From Podarcis pityusensis (taxonomy: Eukaryota), in assembly GCA_964106645.2 (NCBI GenBank), contig OZ067043.1: 64,000 nt of DNA; one strand, written 5' to 3'. Every line of letters starts with the position of its first letter. Within the stretch, counting starts at the first letter, position 1. The notes under the pieces were generated by a model, which was not told the origin of the DNA, made no database searches, and saw only the letters and a list, made by a program, of their open reading frames with translations. This document shows positions 11,301 through 23,242 of the stretch, in pieces. Position numbers and translations under genes: made by a program.

Positions 11301-14300
11301 ACATTGCTTTTAAACTTAAGGAATTTAGCAGTTTGCCGTGTTGGAGTGGGGGCACCTCCTCAGGAGGAAACTGGGGTAAAGTGGGTGTTTGGGGTAGGGG
11401 CTTTCTGTTCACAGCTATGCAAGCATTCAGGTCCCCTGTCGCTATCTGAAGAACTGCAGTGGTAGTTATGTAACATCACTGCTGTCCGGCATGCTCAGTT
11501 TTCTGTTCTGTGTTGGTGGTTGTTTTCTTTTAAGTGACCCAAACTGAGCCTGTGAAGTGTCAGGGGAAAGTTCAGGAAAAGGATGTTTGCTGTTTTGAGC
11601 AAAGTGCTGTAGCTCCTCTGTTCCCTTTCCATTTGCCAGGGTTGCTTCTTCCTACAACTAAAGCAGTTTGGAAACTGCCATGAACTGGCATTGCTACAAG
11701 TGGAAGAAGGCAATAAAAATGGGATACCATTTTAAGCAAAAGAGGAAGGCAGCTTTCTTGCTGCTGACCCCAAAAGCACCTGAACTTCTGAAGTGTTGGG
11801 TCTTAATAATAATAATAACACGTGCACACCTTGCATCATGGAGTTTCTGTGAATGTTAGCCTAGAGTGCAGTTTGCTCTCCACAGGGCTAGTGCACCAGT
11901 CCACTTTGATGTGTCTAATTGACTGTATTCTGTGCTTAGATGAGAAAACATTGGTGGGTTTGGATGTTGTATAGCTCTGCTTTCTACTCAGACCTGTAAA
12001 TTCATTCCTTAGGAGAGTAGAGAGGAAGAGTGGTCAACATATACCATGAGCAATAGCAGAAGGCATACTTGCCTGCAATTCCAACTAAAGGACGGAAGAG
12101 GGCAGAGAGCAATTGGCCACATTCTCATGTCACACTCACTACAGTTCTGTATGACATGTGTGGGACAGAGTGAGCCTCATGTTTGGCCATTCTCCTGTCC
12201 TGCCAAGTGGCCAGGGGGAGTTCAGAAATGTTTACCTCCACTCTTGCTTAACTCCTGTTTGTTGTGTCATCCAGACCAGCAAACTGAGGTTTATACTAAC
12301 TGCAGTTACTTTCAAACAAGCCAGCTACAAACCACGGTGGCTGAAGCTGGCTTGTTTAAACTAACCATAGTTCTGGGTCTGGACAACATGGCATTCTGTG
12401 GTTAATCACGGGCAGAAGTTATGAAAGGAGTAGTGTACAAGCTGCAGTTCTTGGCTAATACATCAAGCCACTGTCTGATCTCTGTTTTGCAGCAGGATTC
12501 AATATCTTCCTATCTTTATGAATGCTAGCAGATCCCACATTATCTCCACAGGACTATCCCAGCAAAGCAGGCCCCTTGCATCCCTGATCATTGGCTGTTG
12601 TAACCTTTTGTTGATATGTCTTACGAAATACTTCACGTGTCTTTTGAACCACTGTTGTTTTGTAGTGTGAAGTTGGTCAAAAGCCCATTCTGTTTTAACA
12701 CTCTCTTGTGTTTTCATTCAGGACTGGGAGTTTTTAGTCCTTGAGAAACTAAAGTGGGACCTAGTGTCAGTGCTAGCCAATGACTTCTTGGATCATATTC
12801 TCCAGCGGCTCTCACTTCCCCAGCAGAAGGTGGACTTGGTGAAGAAGCATGCACAGACGTTCATTGCATTGTGTGCTACAGGTATGTCCTGTGACAGGTG
12901 ACCTTCCCTGGAATGGTGGAGCATAGTTAAATTACAGGCTAAAATGAAACAGAACTTGATTTTTATCCCTAGCTATACTAAACAAATTATCAGTGGCATC
13001 TTAGGATCTCATTTTTCAGAGACACCCAGCTTTTTTCCCATTGGTAGCAGAACCCTTGACCTCTTTGGTTTCTCATGACTGAAAGGCAAGGATGATGAAT
13101 ATTAGGCAAACTATTGTTTATAAGGTTTCCTTGTTGAAATTTGTCACAAAAAGCCACATTGCATATTAAAGACACGTCCACCCCAGCACTCTGCTCTCAG
13201 AAGCATCTAGCATTTGGCTACTAAAGTAATTGGCTCTCCCTTGATAGTCTTTTGGGCTGGGACAGTTTGTACAACTCCATTGCAGAGTGCTGTCTTTGTT
13301 TGATTTAAATGAGAATGCAATGTGTAAGCCCACCAAATAGAATGGTAAAATCCATTTGTCCATCTGAAGTTAACACCTCAACACGGTGGGGGTGGGAGCT
13401 CCTCTCAACTCACTTTCTTCCTTCACACGAGAAATGCCTGAAGAGGACTTCAGCGTTCCTCCTGTCCATTGGCCAGGCCACTCCTGGAAAACCTGCTCAT
13501 AATATTCCGTTGGCAAACTATTTCTGTAAGCTAATGGATTGCGTGCTTTTAAGATACTGTAGCTGGATGGTGGGAAGTCCTAGGACCTCTCAAGGGCAAC
13601 AGGAAAGGCCTTGATGGTAATGTGGTTTTTTTGTGGGGTGCTGTTATCACAAATTGGCTGGAAGCTGTAGTGAGCAAAGAATTCGTGTCATCCTTTCTCC
13701 TGTCACCCTCTCTTCTTTCTCCTTGAATTTGTAGATTACACATTTGCTATGTATCCCCCATCCATGATTGCTACTGGAAGCATTGGAGCGGCAGTCCATG
13801 GCCTCTCTACCTCATCCGATGATTTTTCTGGCGAGGAGCTTACGGAACTGCTTGCTAGCATTACTGGCACAGAGGTGGTGAGTATGGGCTCAGTGGGGAA
13901 CAGGGCTCTGGTTCTGGGGAGTTGGGATCCTGCTTGCATTTTGCTTTTTGACTTAAGGCAAGCTTACTCTGTCTTCATCTGCCCAAGTCCAGAGATCTTA
14001 CTTTTACTTATGAAGTGGCATTTGGCATCTCTCTGCAGAAACTATTGCATGGACTTAATGCGCCTCATCTTCTACCTGCTGATCTCTTTGTTTTAGAGGC
14101 ACACGACAGCCATGCAGTATTATGATGACGATTATTTCAATCCAACCTTTATGTTAATTAGATGTCCAAGGCAGCTAATAAGGCCAGGAAAACCTGCAGC
14201 AATAAAGCATATCACATCAATGAATACATTGTAAAAGTAGTAGCATTAAGTCCAGGAAGTGCCTGAGCTGCAGCCACCTCTTTTTTTAAGTGTACAAAGC

Positions 14301-17300
14301 ACATGAGGAGATGTATGTTTGGAGAGAACCTCTGCTCCATTCATCTTGGTGGAGTAGCTGCTCTTTTGGGAAGAAAGGCTTCAGGACTGAAAGTTGCTGT
14401 CTTATTTTATAACCTAAGTGCACACCTGTGAGGCAGGAAGGGCCCATTATATCAGAGAGAAATAAATGGCGAATGGGACAGACATACTGTACGCAAGATC
14501 AAGCAAGAGGGTCTGTGTCAAGGTAAGGCAATTTGGGGGCATATTTCCTTAATATATTCCGTGCCAGTGACTTAGTGTAATCCTCTGCAGAAGTTGGCCC
14601 TCCTGAGTTCATTGGCCTTGCTCTGCAGTAAGTGTGTCTTAGAACAGTATCTTTAACCAGCCCCCAGGGCCCCCTGCCATATAAAAATCATTCATTTCAT
14701 GTGAGAAGGGTGTTTTATTAGCAAAATTTATAATCCATTTGATTGTAAATAGAACCCCCTTGCGGTTTACCAAAAACAAAAATGTGGAAATTGTTGTTAA
14801 AATACAATGTTAAAACAGGTATTTACAGGTAAGTATTTCAAACCGTAATTAAAGTTACACTAAAACAAATTAAAATATATGTAAACAAACTTGGTTTTAG
14901 CAGATAGGCTATTTCTTTTCCACAGAAATTCATAGCTGAACATGTGGAGGGGTCTTATTATTACATGCAGGCACCAGAAGGGCATGGTCAGTGGGAACAG
15001 GGCTAGCAGATGCAGTCCTCCTTTCACACATTCACTCACTTAGTGCATGGAGGGGGGGGGGGAGATGTCTGACAAGCCCCTATTGTACCATGTATTGTGA
15101 CATTTCCAGCCTGGGCCCCCTTTGTTTCTCTTACCCTGTGGGTCTTCTGATAGCGCCATCATATTGTAGGCGCAGAGAGGGTAGAGTCATAAGTATCTGC
15201 AATATACTACCATCCTTTGGAATGATCCTTTGGACATGGACAGTTCTTGTGGTTCGGTTTATCGTCCTGTTCATGCTGCCCAAAAATATTGTGCAAGGTG
15301 TCCTGGAGTTCTGCAGCCTCTCCTTTCTGCGTCAATCCCCCTTGGATGGATACAGCGTGAAAAGCTGCAGTGGAAGGAGAAAGCTGGGCAGCCCAGATGT
15401 GGTATGAGGGCAGTTCCATAACCTGTGTTATCCCATTAGACAGAGTGGGGAAACTTTTTCAGCCGGAGGGCTGTGTTCCCTTTATGGACATCCTTTCAGG
15501 GGCCACATACAAGCTCTGGCCCTGGCCAGAGGCAAAATGGGTGGGGAACCAAATGTAGATTTCACTTTTGTACTGCAAGCTGTATTCTACAAACGTTTGT
15601 AGCCCTCTTTATCCTCCATCCAGACAAGCAGGAGGCATTATTAGAGGATGCATTCCTGCAAATGCTCAGGATACAAAGCAGGGCCAGCTAGGGGCGTGGC
15701 CTGAGGAGGCTCCTAAGGACCTGGCAGAGAGGTGTGGAGGGCTGCATTTCTTCCCCACCCCACCCCTGCTGTAAGAGCAGCCATCCCAGCTTGTGACGTC
15801 AAGGACAATGGACCTTTTTTCAGCAGCTTGGAGACTAATTACTTAATTTGGCACGAGATTCTGCACGGAACAGCTTATTTCATCATGTCCGGGTATCCAT
15901 TGAGAAGAGCCCATTCTTTCTTAAACTCCCGTCTGATGCGGAAGGGCTTGCATCCTCCAGAAACGGAAGACACCGTTGGCTTTCTTCGCCTACTCAATGC
16001 AAAGACTGCATGGTTGGCAGGCTTTCCTCTCTATCCTTCCCTTCCCCCCCCCCTCCTGATTCCCAAGCTAGTGTTCGCTTCTTGGTCCAGAGCCAGCGCA
16101 GCAAGTGGCTGTGTCTCTTTCCCTGACCGGTGGGGGTTGACATGAATTTGGCTGTTTCTCTAAAGCCCAACCACGTTTCCCAAATGTGCCGTGCCAGCTC
16201 CTGGCCCGCTGCTGAATGGGTGATGGCTGCAGGATGCAGGTGGCTCTCCTACCGATGGCTTGCATGAGGTCCCAGATCAGTTGCTCCTCTTTGTCCCGGG
16301 TACACAGGAGGCCTTTGAAAAACAGCCATTCACCTCAACGGACAGGTGTTAGGGATTGGGCTGGCCGATGGGGAAGGTATAGAACCAGCTTAGCATCTGT
16401 TCATGTGGCGCAGTGTCAGATTCCTGTCAGGGGCAAGCATGGAGGCCAAAGAAGTTCATTTCAAGCAGAATTCCAGGGCCCTCCCTGGGTGCCAGAGGGG
16501 CATCAGAGAGGAGGGGGAAGCTGGGCTTTTCGTGTCTCCCGCTACCTGGCGAAAGCTGAAAGGCGGAGCGAAGGCTCTGGGATTGGACCCTCTCCCGCAG
16601 ATCCAGCCATCACTGCTTGACAGTCATGGAGCAGAAACTTATCTCTTGCTGGGTTTTCTTTGGCTTCTTGCCCTAGTCTCTGAATTGCCCGCAGCCAGCT
16701 GCTTGCAAGCTGCTGCTGTGAATGAGGCGGAGTTTGAATGCTGGTCCTGTGAGCAAAGTTGATCGAAGACAGCAGAGAACAGGTGGGGAGAGGATTACAA
16801 AAGTGACCCATAAAGAGCAGATTAGAAGCACTAAAAGTCGCCAAGGCTTGGTGCCACAAAGAAGCTTGGGCCTAGCCTACGTTGGAACACTGAGCTTATC
16901 TTGCTGGCTGGGAGGGTCTTTCCCTTGCCCAGTTCCTTTTGGCTGCTCTTCTGCTCTTTGTGTCTTTTTGAAGTTAATTAGAAGACAAGCTCGGGGTGAA
17001 GATGCCTCTTTGTGGTGTCCCCTGCCATCTCATCTGCCATGCCTAACAGGCTTTTGCTGAAGGTTCAGTGGGTAGGGGCTTCAAACTGTGGCTCTGTTCT
17101 CACTTGGTTGGCCCTCTTGAGGTGAAAATGCTACTTCATATTAAAGAAGCATACATCACTAAATTATATATCTGGGTAGGCTTTCTGGTATTTATATTAG
17201 GCCTGCCTCATTTTAATAGATGCTTCCATGATGTTTTGCCTACAAAGGTACCAGTCCAATTAAGATGTTGTGCTTGGAGCCTACCAAGAAGTTTGGTTAA

Positions 17301-20300
17301 TATCAGTCAATGGGTTCATGGTTTGGTTTTTTTTATTACCTCTTGAGCTGTTGGTTACTGTGTAGGTTCCAGTGACCCAGATAGTACCTTTTTTCCCCTC
17401 TGCCAGTTCATCTTCTGTAGTAGACATGCATCCTCAAGGCTAGATAACATCTTCAATTGTAATCAACCTTTGATTTCTGCTGCATTCCAGTTTTGCTTGA
17501 TTTTTACATGGAGTCAGGAGAACATGCTTTGTATCTACTTCAGAACATGAGTTTAGGCTGCTAGTCTGGGACTTTGTACATACTGCGATATGCTGTCCGT
17601 AGTTATTCAGTCTTCCTGTTTTGGGTATCTCTGTTGCAAGCCACATCACCTGGCACAACTTTTAAAATCCCGAGACTTGAGTTTTTGTTCTCATGTTTCT
17701 AGTCCTCACTGTCAAAGAAAGTTAAGTGTGAGAATAGTATTTTTGTGATCTGAACTTACCTTATACCTCCTATATCTTCCCCACACCTGCATTCTTTCCT
17801 TTCCTATCAATATGTCAGTTTCATCCATTTCATTAATTGCTTGTCAGGGTTAGCTGAGGATAAACACATTTAGATACGAATTTCTTTGTCATTGGTGTTA
17901 CATCACGTTAGCCAGCATGTTACTGCCCACCCTACATCCCTGAGTTGCCCCATGCTGGCATCTCTCTTGCCTGCAACTCACTGGACACTTCCAGAAGCTC
18001 AGAAACATGCTTTGAAGGGTCAGTTTGAATCTTTATGGCTGGCAATAGGCCATGCTGTTCCTGTAGACATAGAGCACTGGTTCATCATAGCCACATTGCA
18101 AGATCACAAGTTCTTTAGAAGGGTGCCTTCCATTGGTTCATCAGTGCTAACCCGATGGCACTCCAGATGTTTCTGGCCTTCAACTCTTTCACATGGCCAG
18201 TTGTTAGGGATTGTATTTCAGCATTATCTGGAGCGCCAAAGATATTAGCTGCCTTGTTCTCCACTGAGCAGTAGCACCTCTCCAGGGTACAAGACCGCCC
18301 TGAAGAAACTGGAAATTCAACTTGGGGTTTTCTTCATGCAGCACATGCAATCTACCACTCTTAATAGTCCCTCGGTTTCTGAACAGTGTTGGAATCCCCT
18401 CTGCAAAACAGACTTGCAAGGTTCAATTCACAAAAAAGCAACTTTCGGTTCCCATGCATAAACCCATACAAGTGCTTCTGAATTCCTTTAATCAATCAAT
18501 CCTCCTTTCACAGCATTGCTTCCCGTTCCTTCCCTTGCCCACAAACTGGCCAATAAATTTAGAATGGCCTTTGCTGAGCCCTGGCTTCTGTTGGGTGGAG
18601 GTTTTAGAGGCCACAGTTACTGGAACTGTCTTGGGGAAGGAGTGTTGGGTGTTGCTATTTTTACTTGCCACATCCTCTGTCAATTTCTAAGAACTAAACG
18701 TGGATTCTTTGTAAGATTATGTATGTGGCAGGATCCTGCAAATGGACCCAGCCTCGGGGAGCTGGCTGGGGATCCAATCAGAACCCCGACGCTCTGCACT
18801 GCAAAATGTCAGTTTTCTTGTAAGCTGGGGCAAGAGGGTGAACCCTGGCCTTTAGAGGAGGTGGTGCAGCAGCGATGGGGTTCATTGGGGCTCACCACCG
18901 TGACTCATTGCAAAACGAGAGGGGTTTCCTCATCTCAAATCGTTGCTGTATGCGGCTCCTCCCAAGCGTAAGGTCAAGATTTCCCCTTGCATTAATGCAG
19001 TTCCCTTGGCAGTAGCATTCTCAGTCACATGCAGGCTAGTGCATTCAAAGTGGGGTGGGGTTCAGTGTACTGCTGAACACTTTCTAGTGCTATGACATAA
19101 AAGCAATTAGCCTTCAAAGAAAGTTCCAGAACAGTGGTTCCCAATTAGCTAAGTAGTGCAGACCCCATTTTTCAAAAGCCATGCCATGGACTCCCTATGT
19201 TTGAAAATTTTGATATCTCTGTGGTAGTTTTTGTTTATATGCGTGGGGGCGGGGGACACGTCTTCTGACCTACGTGAGAGCACTGCCCCCAAAACGGGAT
19301 ATCCCGGACAATTGACAAGTACATTCCACGGACCAACCAATTGAGAACCACTGTTGTAAAAAGTTCATGGGCTTATATTCTAAGGCTTATAGATTATAAT
19401 GGAAGCTTTCCATGGTTGGGGAGTGGGTGAATGGGGGAGGGGTGAACATATTGCATGTGTGGAGTAGCTAGGGTTGAAACCCTACATCTTTCAGGTACTT
19501 AATATAGCAATCAGTGGTTTGGGGAGGGAATTTTTTTGCAATGCCTTGTGTTTCCATTTTCTAAATTCCTTAGTAACAAGGATGGGTGCCAGTTGCAAAT
19601 AAGTAAGAGGCAAGCTTGGCAGTTTTGAAGTTTTTAGCTTTGCATAATAAATATAAGTAAAATAAACACACTAAATTAGATCACTCTCTAGGATAGGGTT
19701 GGGGAATTGGATCTGGCTGGTGGGCCAGATCTTTATCTCCATGCCAAGGGCCCCCCCAGTGAGCGAAGTTTGACAGGTGGGTGGGGTCACCCACTTGTCA
19801 ATCAACTGATGTCACAGTGACACCTGGTGATTCCCTTTTTGCCTGTGCAGTTTGAAACCAAACCACAAAGGTAAAAAAGTGGACAGCATTTTTCTGTCAC
19901 TGACTATCAGCTGATTATTGTTTCTTGGGAAGCACTGAATGCAGAGCTTGCAAGTCCCCTTGCACTGGACTTCCCAAGTGCCAGCAATCAGCTGATTAAC
20001 ACAGCTTTGCAAGCCCTGAGCAGAAAAAGCAATGATAAAGACTAGGGCAAATTCTGACTTCACATAAAAGTTTGTAAGGTGTGAAGTGTTGGTGACTGAC
20101 CAGGAATGCGATTTTGGTGTGTTAGATGGGTTGAATAAAATGTTGACCCAGTGTACAGCAGCTCTAAAAAGGGCAAAATCTGTATTAGGGAGCACTAGAA
20201 AAAGGGACTAACAATCAAACTGCCAAGATCATAAAAGTGTTACACAAACGCATGTTGTCACCGCACTTGGACTACAGTGTTTAGTTCTGGTGGCCAAATC

Positions 20301-21474
20301 TCAAAAAGGGTATCATAGAGCTGGAGAATGTTCAGAAAAGGGCAACTCGCTAGTGAGGAAAAATTACTACATTTGAGGTCTTTTATGTTTAAGAACAAAG
20401 GCAAGTAAGGAGGAGCAGGGTAGAGGCGTATTAAATTTTGCAGAGTGTGGAGAAACGAAACAGAGAAGTCTCCCCCCTCCTTTCATAATACCAGAACTAG
20501 AGGTCATTCAATGAAGCTGAACACGGGAAGGTTCAGGGCAGACAAAGGAAAGTATTTCTTCACACATAAACTGAAATTCGCCCCTACAGGATATAGAAAT
20601 GGCTAGCAGCTTGGGTGACTTTGTACCGCCTCCTTTCTCAGAGGTGGCATGTCTCAGAGTACCAGCTATGGTGTTGCTCTCCTGTCCTGATTGCAGGCTT
20701 CCCAAAAGTACCATGTTGGCTACTGTGAGATCTAGATGAGCCTTTGGTCTGATCTAATGTGCATCGTAGTCTTGAGAACTGCAGACTGAGACTATTGCCA
20801 CTGAATTTTTTAATAAGTATTTTCAAAAGGCTCCAAGGGAAAGACTCACAGAAGCCGCATTCAGACTCAATATTTGCTTGATGTGTGGAGGCACAACTAG
20901 GGTAATTTAGCCTGCTGGAATTCATATTTGAAACACTTAATTTTTTTCAAGTAGAGGCATAGTCTCTGCCATCAGGTACTGGTCAGCTATATAGAATGCT
21001 TGAGCCTGGTCTCAGGCTTAGGATACAGAACAAGGATAAGGTATTTCTAACCCTACTTCATAAGACCTTCCTGTTCATACATATCTAAGAATAATTGAAT
21101 AATCAGAACTCAACTAGGATGCTAGTTGCCCCGCAAACCCCTTTGCATGATATTGAAGAAGGAATTCACTGTGAATGTGCTCCTTCACTGTAGCAGAAAA
21201 GCCTATCGTCCAAAGCATAGATGTTTGAAGGAGCTCTGTTATTGCCGCAGTGAAAATTTAAGTGGAAATGAACAGCACCCCCTTCTTCTCTCCTCTTTCC
21301 CAGGACTGCCTGAAAGCTTGTCAGGAGCAGATTGAGGTGGCCTTAGCAGAGAACCTGAAACAGACCTCACAGCCTCGGCAAGAGTACAGCCCCTCCAAGG
21401 AGGCCGTTTACCCTGACAGCCAGGATGTCAGCCTGACTAGCACACCTACGGATGTCACAGACATCAACCTGTGA
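1715..21474 (+). CDS. CCND3: Cyclin D3, whole coding span; exons 1715-1903, 4415-4630, 12722-12881, 13735-13877, 21304-21474 (292 aa)
   Basis: N-terminal LxCxE motif (MELLCVE), cyclin box ([34 protein letters not shown]), C-terminal TSTPTDV degron. All introns GT-AG; exon lengths 189/216/160/143/171 keep frame. D3 rather than D1/D2 from residue pattern and from adjacency to BYSL and MED20. Confidence 0.95.
4415..4630 (+). CDS. CCND3: CCND3 coding exon 2
   Basis: tttttgtcag|GTTTGT; [12 protein letters not shown]...ITPREVL; donor gtaagc; 216 nt. Confidence 0.96.
4918..5510 (-). mobile_element. 5'-truncated L1-clade LINE (ORF2 C-terminus plus 3'UTR) with 19-bp target-site duplication
   Basis: CCATTTAACCAGGTTTGTT at 4899-4917 and 5511-5529; minus strand encodes [35 protein letters not shown] then stop, resembling squamate L1 ORF2 ends; AATAAA and A-rich tail at the 3' end. 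Confidence 0.8.
6019..6110. repeat. About 90-bp palindromic interspersed repeat; related copies at about 2070-2170, 6369-6459, 14575-14640 and 41783-41872
   Basis: Shared pattern ACTTAC(C/T)(C)TGGA(G/T)GTAAG..CCATT.AACTCAATGGG..TACTTCTGAG..GACATGCAT.GGATT. Confidence 0.55.
8329..8374. repeat. (AAT)n microsatellite (L2 tail)
   Basis: About 15 AAT units. Confidence 0.95.
12722..12881 (+). CDS. CCND3: CCND3 coding exon 3
   Basis: ttttcattcag|GACTGG; [14 protein letters not shown]...[13 protein letters not shown]; donor gtatgt; 160 nt; not in the ORF track. Confidence 0.96.
13735..13877 (+). CDS. CCND3: CCND3 coding exon 4
   Basis: tttgtag|ATTACA; [20 protein letters not shown]...LASITGTEV; donor gtgagt. 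Confidence 0.95.
19132..19353. mobile_element. hAT (Charlie/MER5-like) MITE
   Basis: TIRs CAGTGGTTCCCAATT ... AATTGAGAACCACTG (14/15 match); degenerate 8-bp flanks. Confidence 0.7.
20090..20770 (+). mobile_element. Decayed CR1 LINE 3' fragment
   Basis: CR1-type motifs: CACTTGGACTACAGTGTTTAGTTCTGG, GAGCTGGAGAATGTTCAGAAAAGGGCAAC, AGAACTAGAGGTCATTCAATGAAGCTG, AAGTATTTCTTCACACA. Confidence 0.75.
21304..21474 (+). CDS. CCND3: CCND3 coding exon 5 (terminal)
   Basis: ctctttcccag|GACTGC; [11 protein letters not shown]...[12 protein letters not shown] then TGA. Confidence 0.96.
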   Translation, partial: DCLKACQEQIEVALAENLKQTSQPRQEYSPSKEAVYPDSQDVSLTSTPTDVTDINL

Positions 21475-23150
21475 CCAGCCCCTCCCTCCAATCACCCAGC
21501 TCCCAGCAAGTAGAACTTAACGCAGGAAAAGAAGCCTCCCGGAACATTCTGCCTGTGCAATGTGATCCCTGAAGAATAAGGGGAGTGGGAGAAAATGACC
21601 CCATGAGCATAACCTTTGTAATGAGACCATGTGGGATTTGGGTCTTGGAGGAATGGCGTGGGAGGGACTCCAAAAGGGAATAGGGCCCCTTGCAGTTGGA
21701 CTGTTTCTGCCTTGCTAGCCTGGTTTTTCCTAGGATCAGGGGACCTTCCTGTGGTGTTTTGAGCCACGCTTGAATTCGGGAAGGATAGGTGAGCTTAGCG
21801 TCAGTTCAAAAGTTCTTCAGTTTGGGTTTGCTTCGTTGGAGGACGCGCTGCTGATCACTGCTGTTTTGTCCCAATCTTTGCTGCATGCCTGTTGCATGTG
21901 TGTCAAGAGAGAAAACGCACTTTTGTTATATAGACCGCCTTCACCTTAACATGAAGAAGTTGAAACATGCACCTGAGACATCCTTGGCTGAAGTCGCTCT
22001 GCTCACCCGGCCATGTGTGGGCGCCTGGTAGAGAGAGACCAGGCTATATTTAAAGTCCAGCACTGGAATCTCTCTACCAGTCCCAAGGAAGTCTTAGTTC
22101 TCCTTTGATTATTAATAGTATCACAATCCATTAACCCTTCAGAGTCTTTTAGCCCGTTCAGGAGAAATAAGTGGGTTTTGGCTCGCTTTTTGTAGGTGCT
22201 TGTAAAGTGCTGCTTTCTATATAAAATATTGGGGGTTGGGGAGAATCCCCTCTTCACTAGAAACCCAAGGGGAAAATTTCTACTTGCTGCACCAGTTGCT
22301 TTCTCTTACTCCTGTGAGACCAGAGTTACTTTATTTATTGTGAGGATCAAACCTTACAAAGCCACAAAGCACGATCAGAAGCTCAGTAGGGTATGTTGTC
22401 CTGATTCATCCCTTTTGCCATATAACAGAGTGCCTTAATGTCCTTCCTCGTCCTCCTTCATACCTCTCTGGGCTGCTTACTTTGAGAGTCACGGTCATTC
22501 CCGATCAGAGTACACCCAACAAGTGCTGCTATACTTGTATGTACAAATCCCTCCTGTCTTCACTGCCAAAAAAGAAACAAAAAAGGGCAGGAGAGCTACA
22601 TGCAAGGGATGGGTGGTGGAGGAGAAGGAAGTCCAGCTATACAAATCTAAATAAAATAAATAAAAAGGGGGTTAAGAGTGATCTCTTTCCCCTAAAGAGT
22701 TTACAATATAATGAGCTGCGACTGCACTGGACTAGAGAGTTGTATTGTTCTTGTGTGTTTTGTTCAGGAAAAAGGTGTGTATGTGTTTTTCCTAAATGCT
22801 GCTTTTATGAGAGACTTTAGAAACCTTTGGTGTGGGGGAACTGTAGCAATGGGAGCAAACTTTGTCTTTTGAATTCTAGTGGCATTTCATTATTCAACCC
22901 TCCAGCTGGAAAAAGAAACATGAACTGATGCTACCTAAAACACCACTGGAGACCCGTCACCTTGGCCAACAGGAAAAAGCCTCTCTCTTACTATGTTTTT
23001 GCCTTTCCTTTTCCCTCATTGTGCTTACGCCGATTAGTCAAAATTAATGTGCTATCAGCATTTCTGATAAGTAAGTCTATTGGAACAAGTTTGAAGACGA
23101 AAGGAATGTATTTTATAGATACATCCACCCAACTATATATTAGAGCTTTG

Positions 23151-23242
23151 AATAAAGTTTGTCAATATGATAGTCACTGTCACTTGAAACCCTCCTGTTA
23201 AGGAAATTATACCTTACTGATATTTTACCATACTGCAATAAA
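23151..23242 (+). terminator. Candidate CCND3 polyadenylation signals (AATAAA at 23151 and 23237)
   Basis: Two AATAAA hexamers about 1.7 kb after the stop, followed by a T-rich downstream element. Confidence 0.55.
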
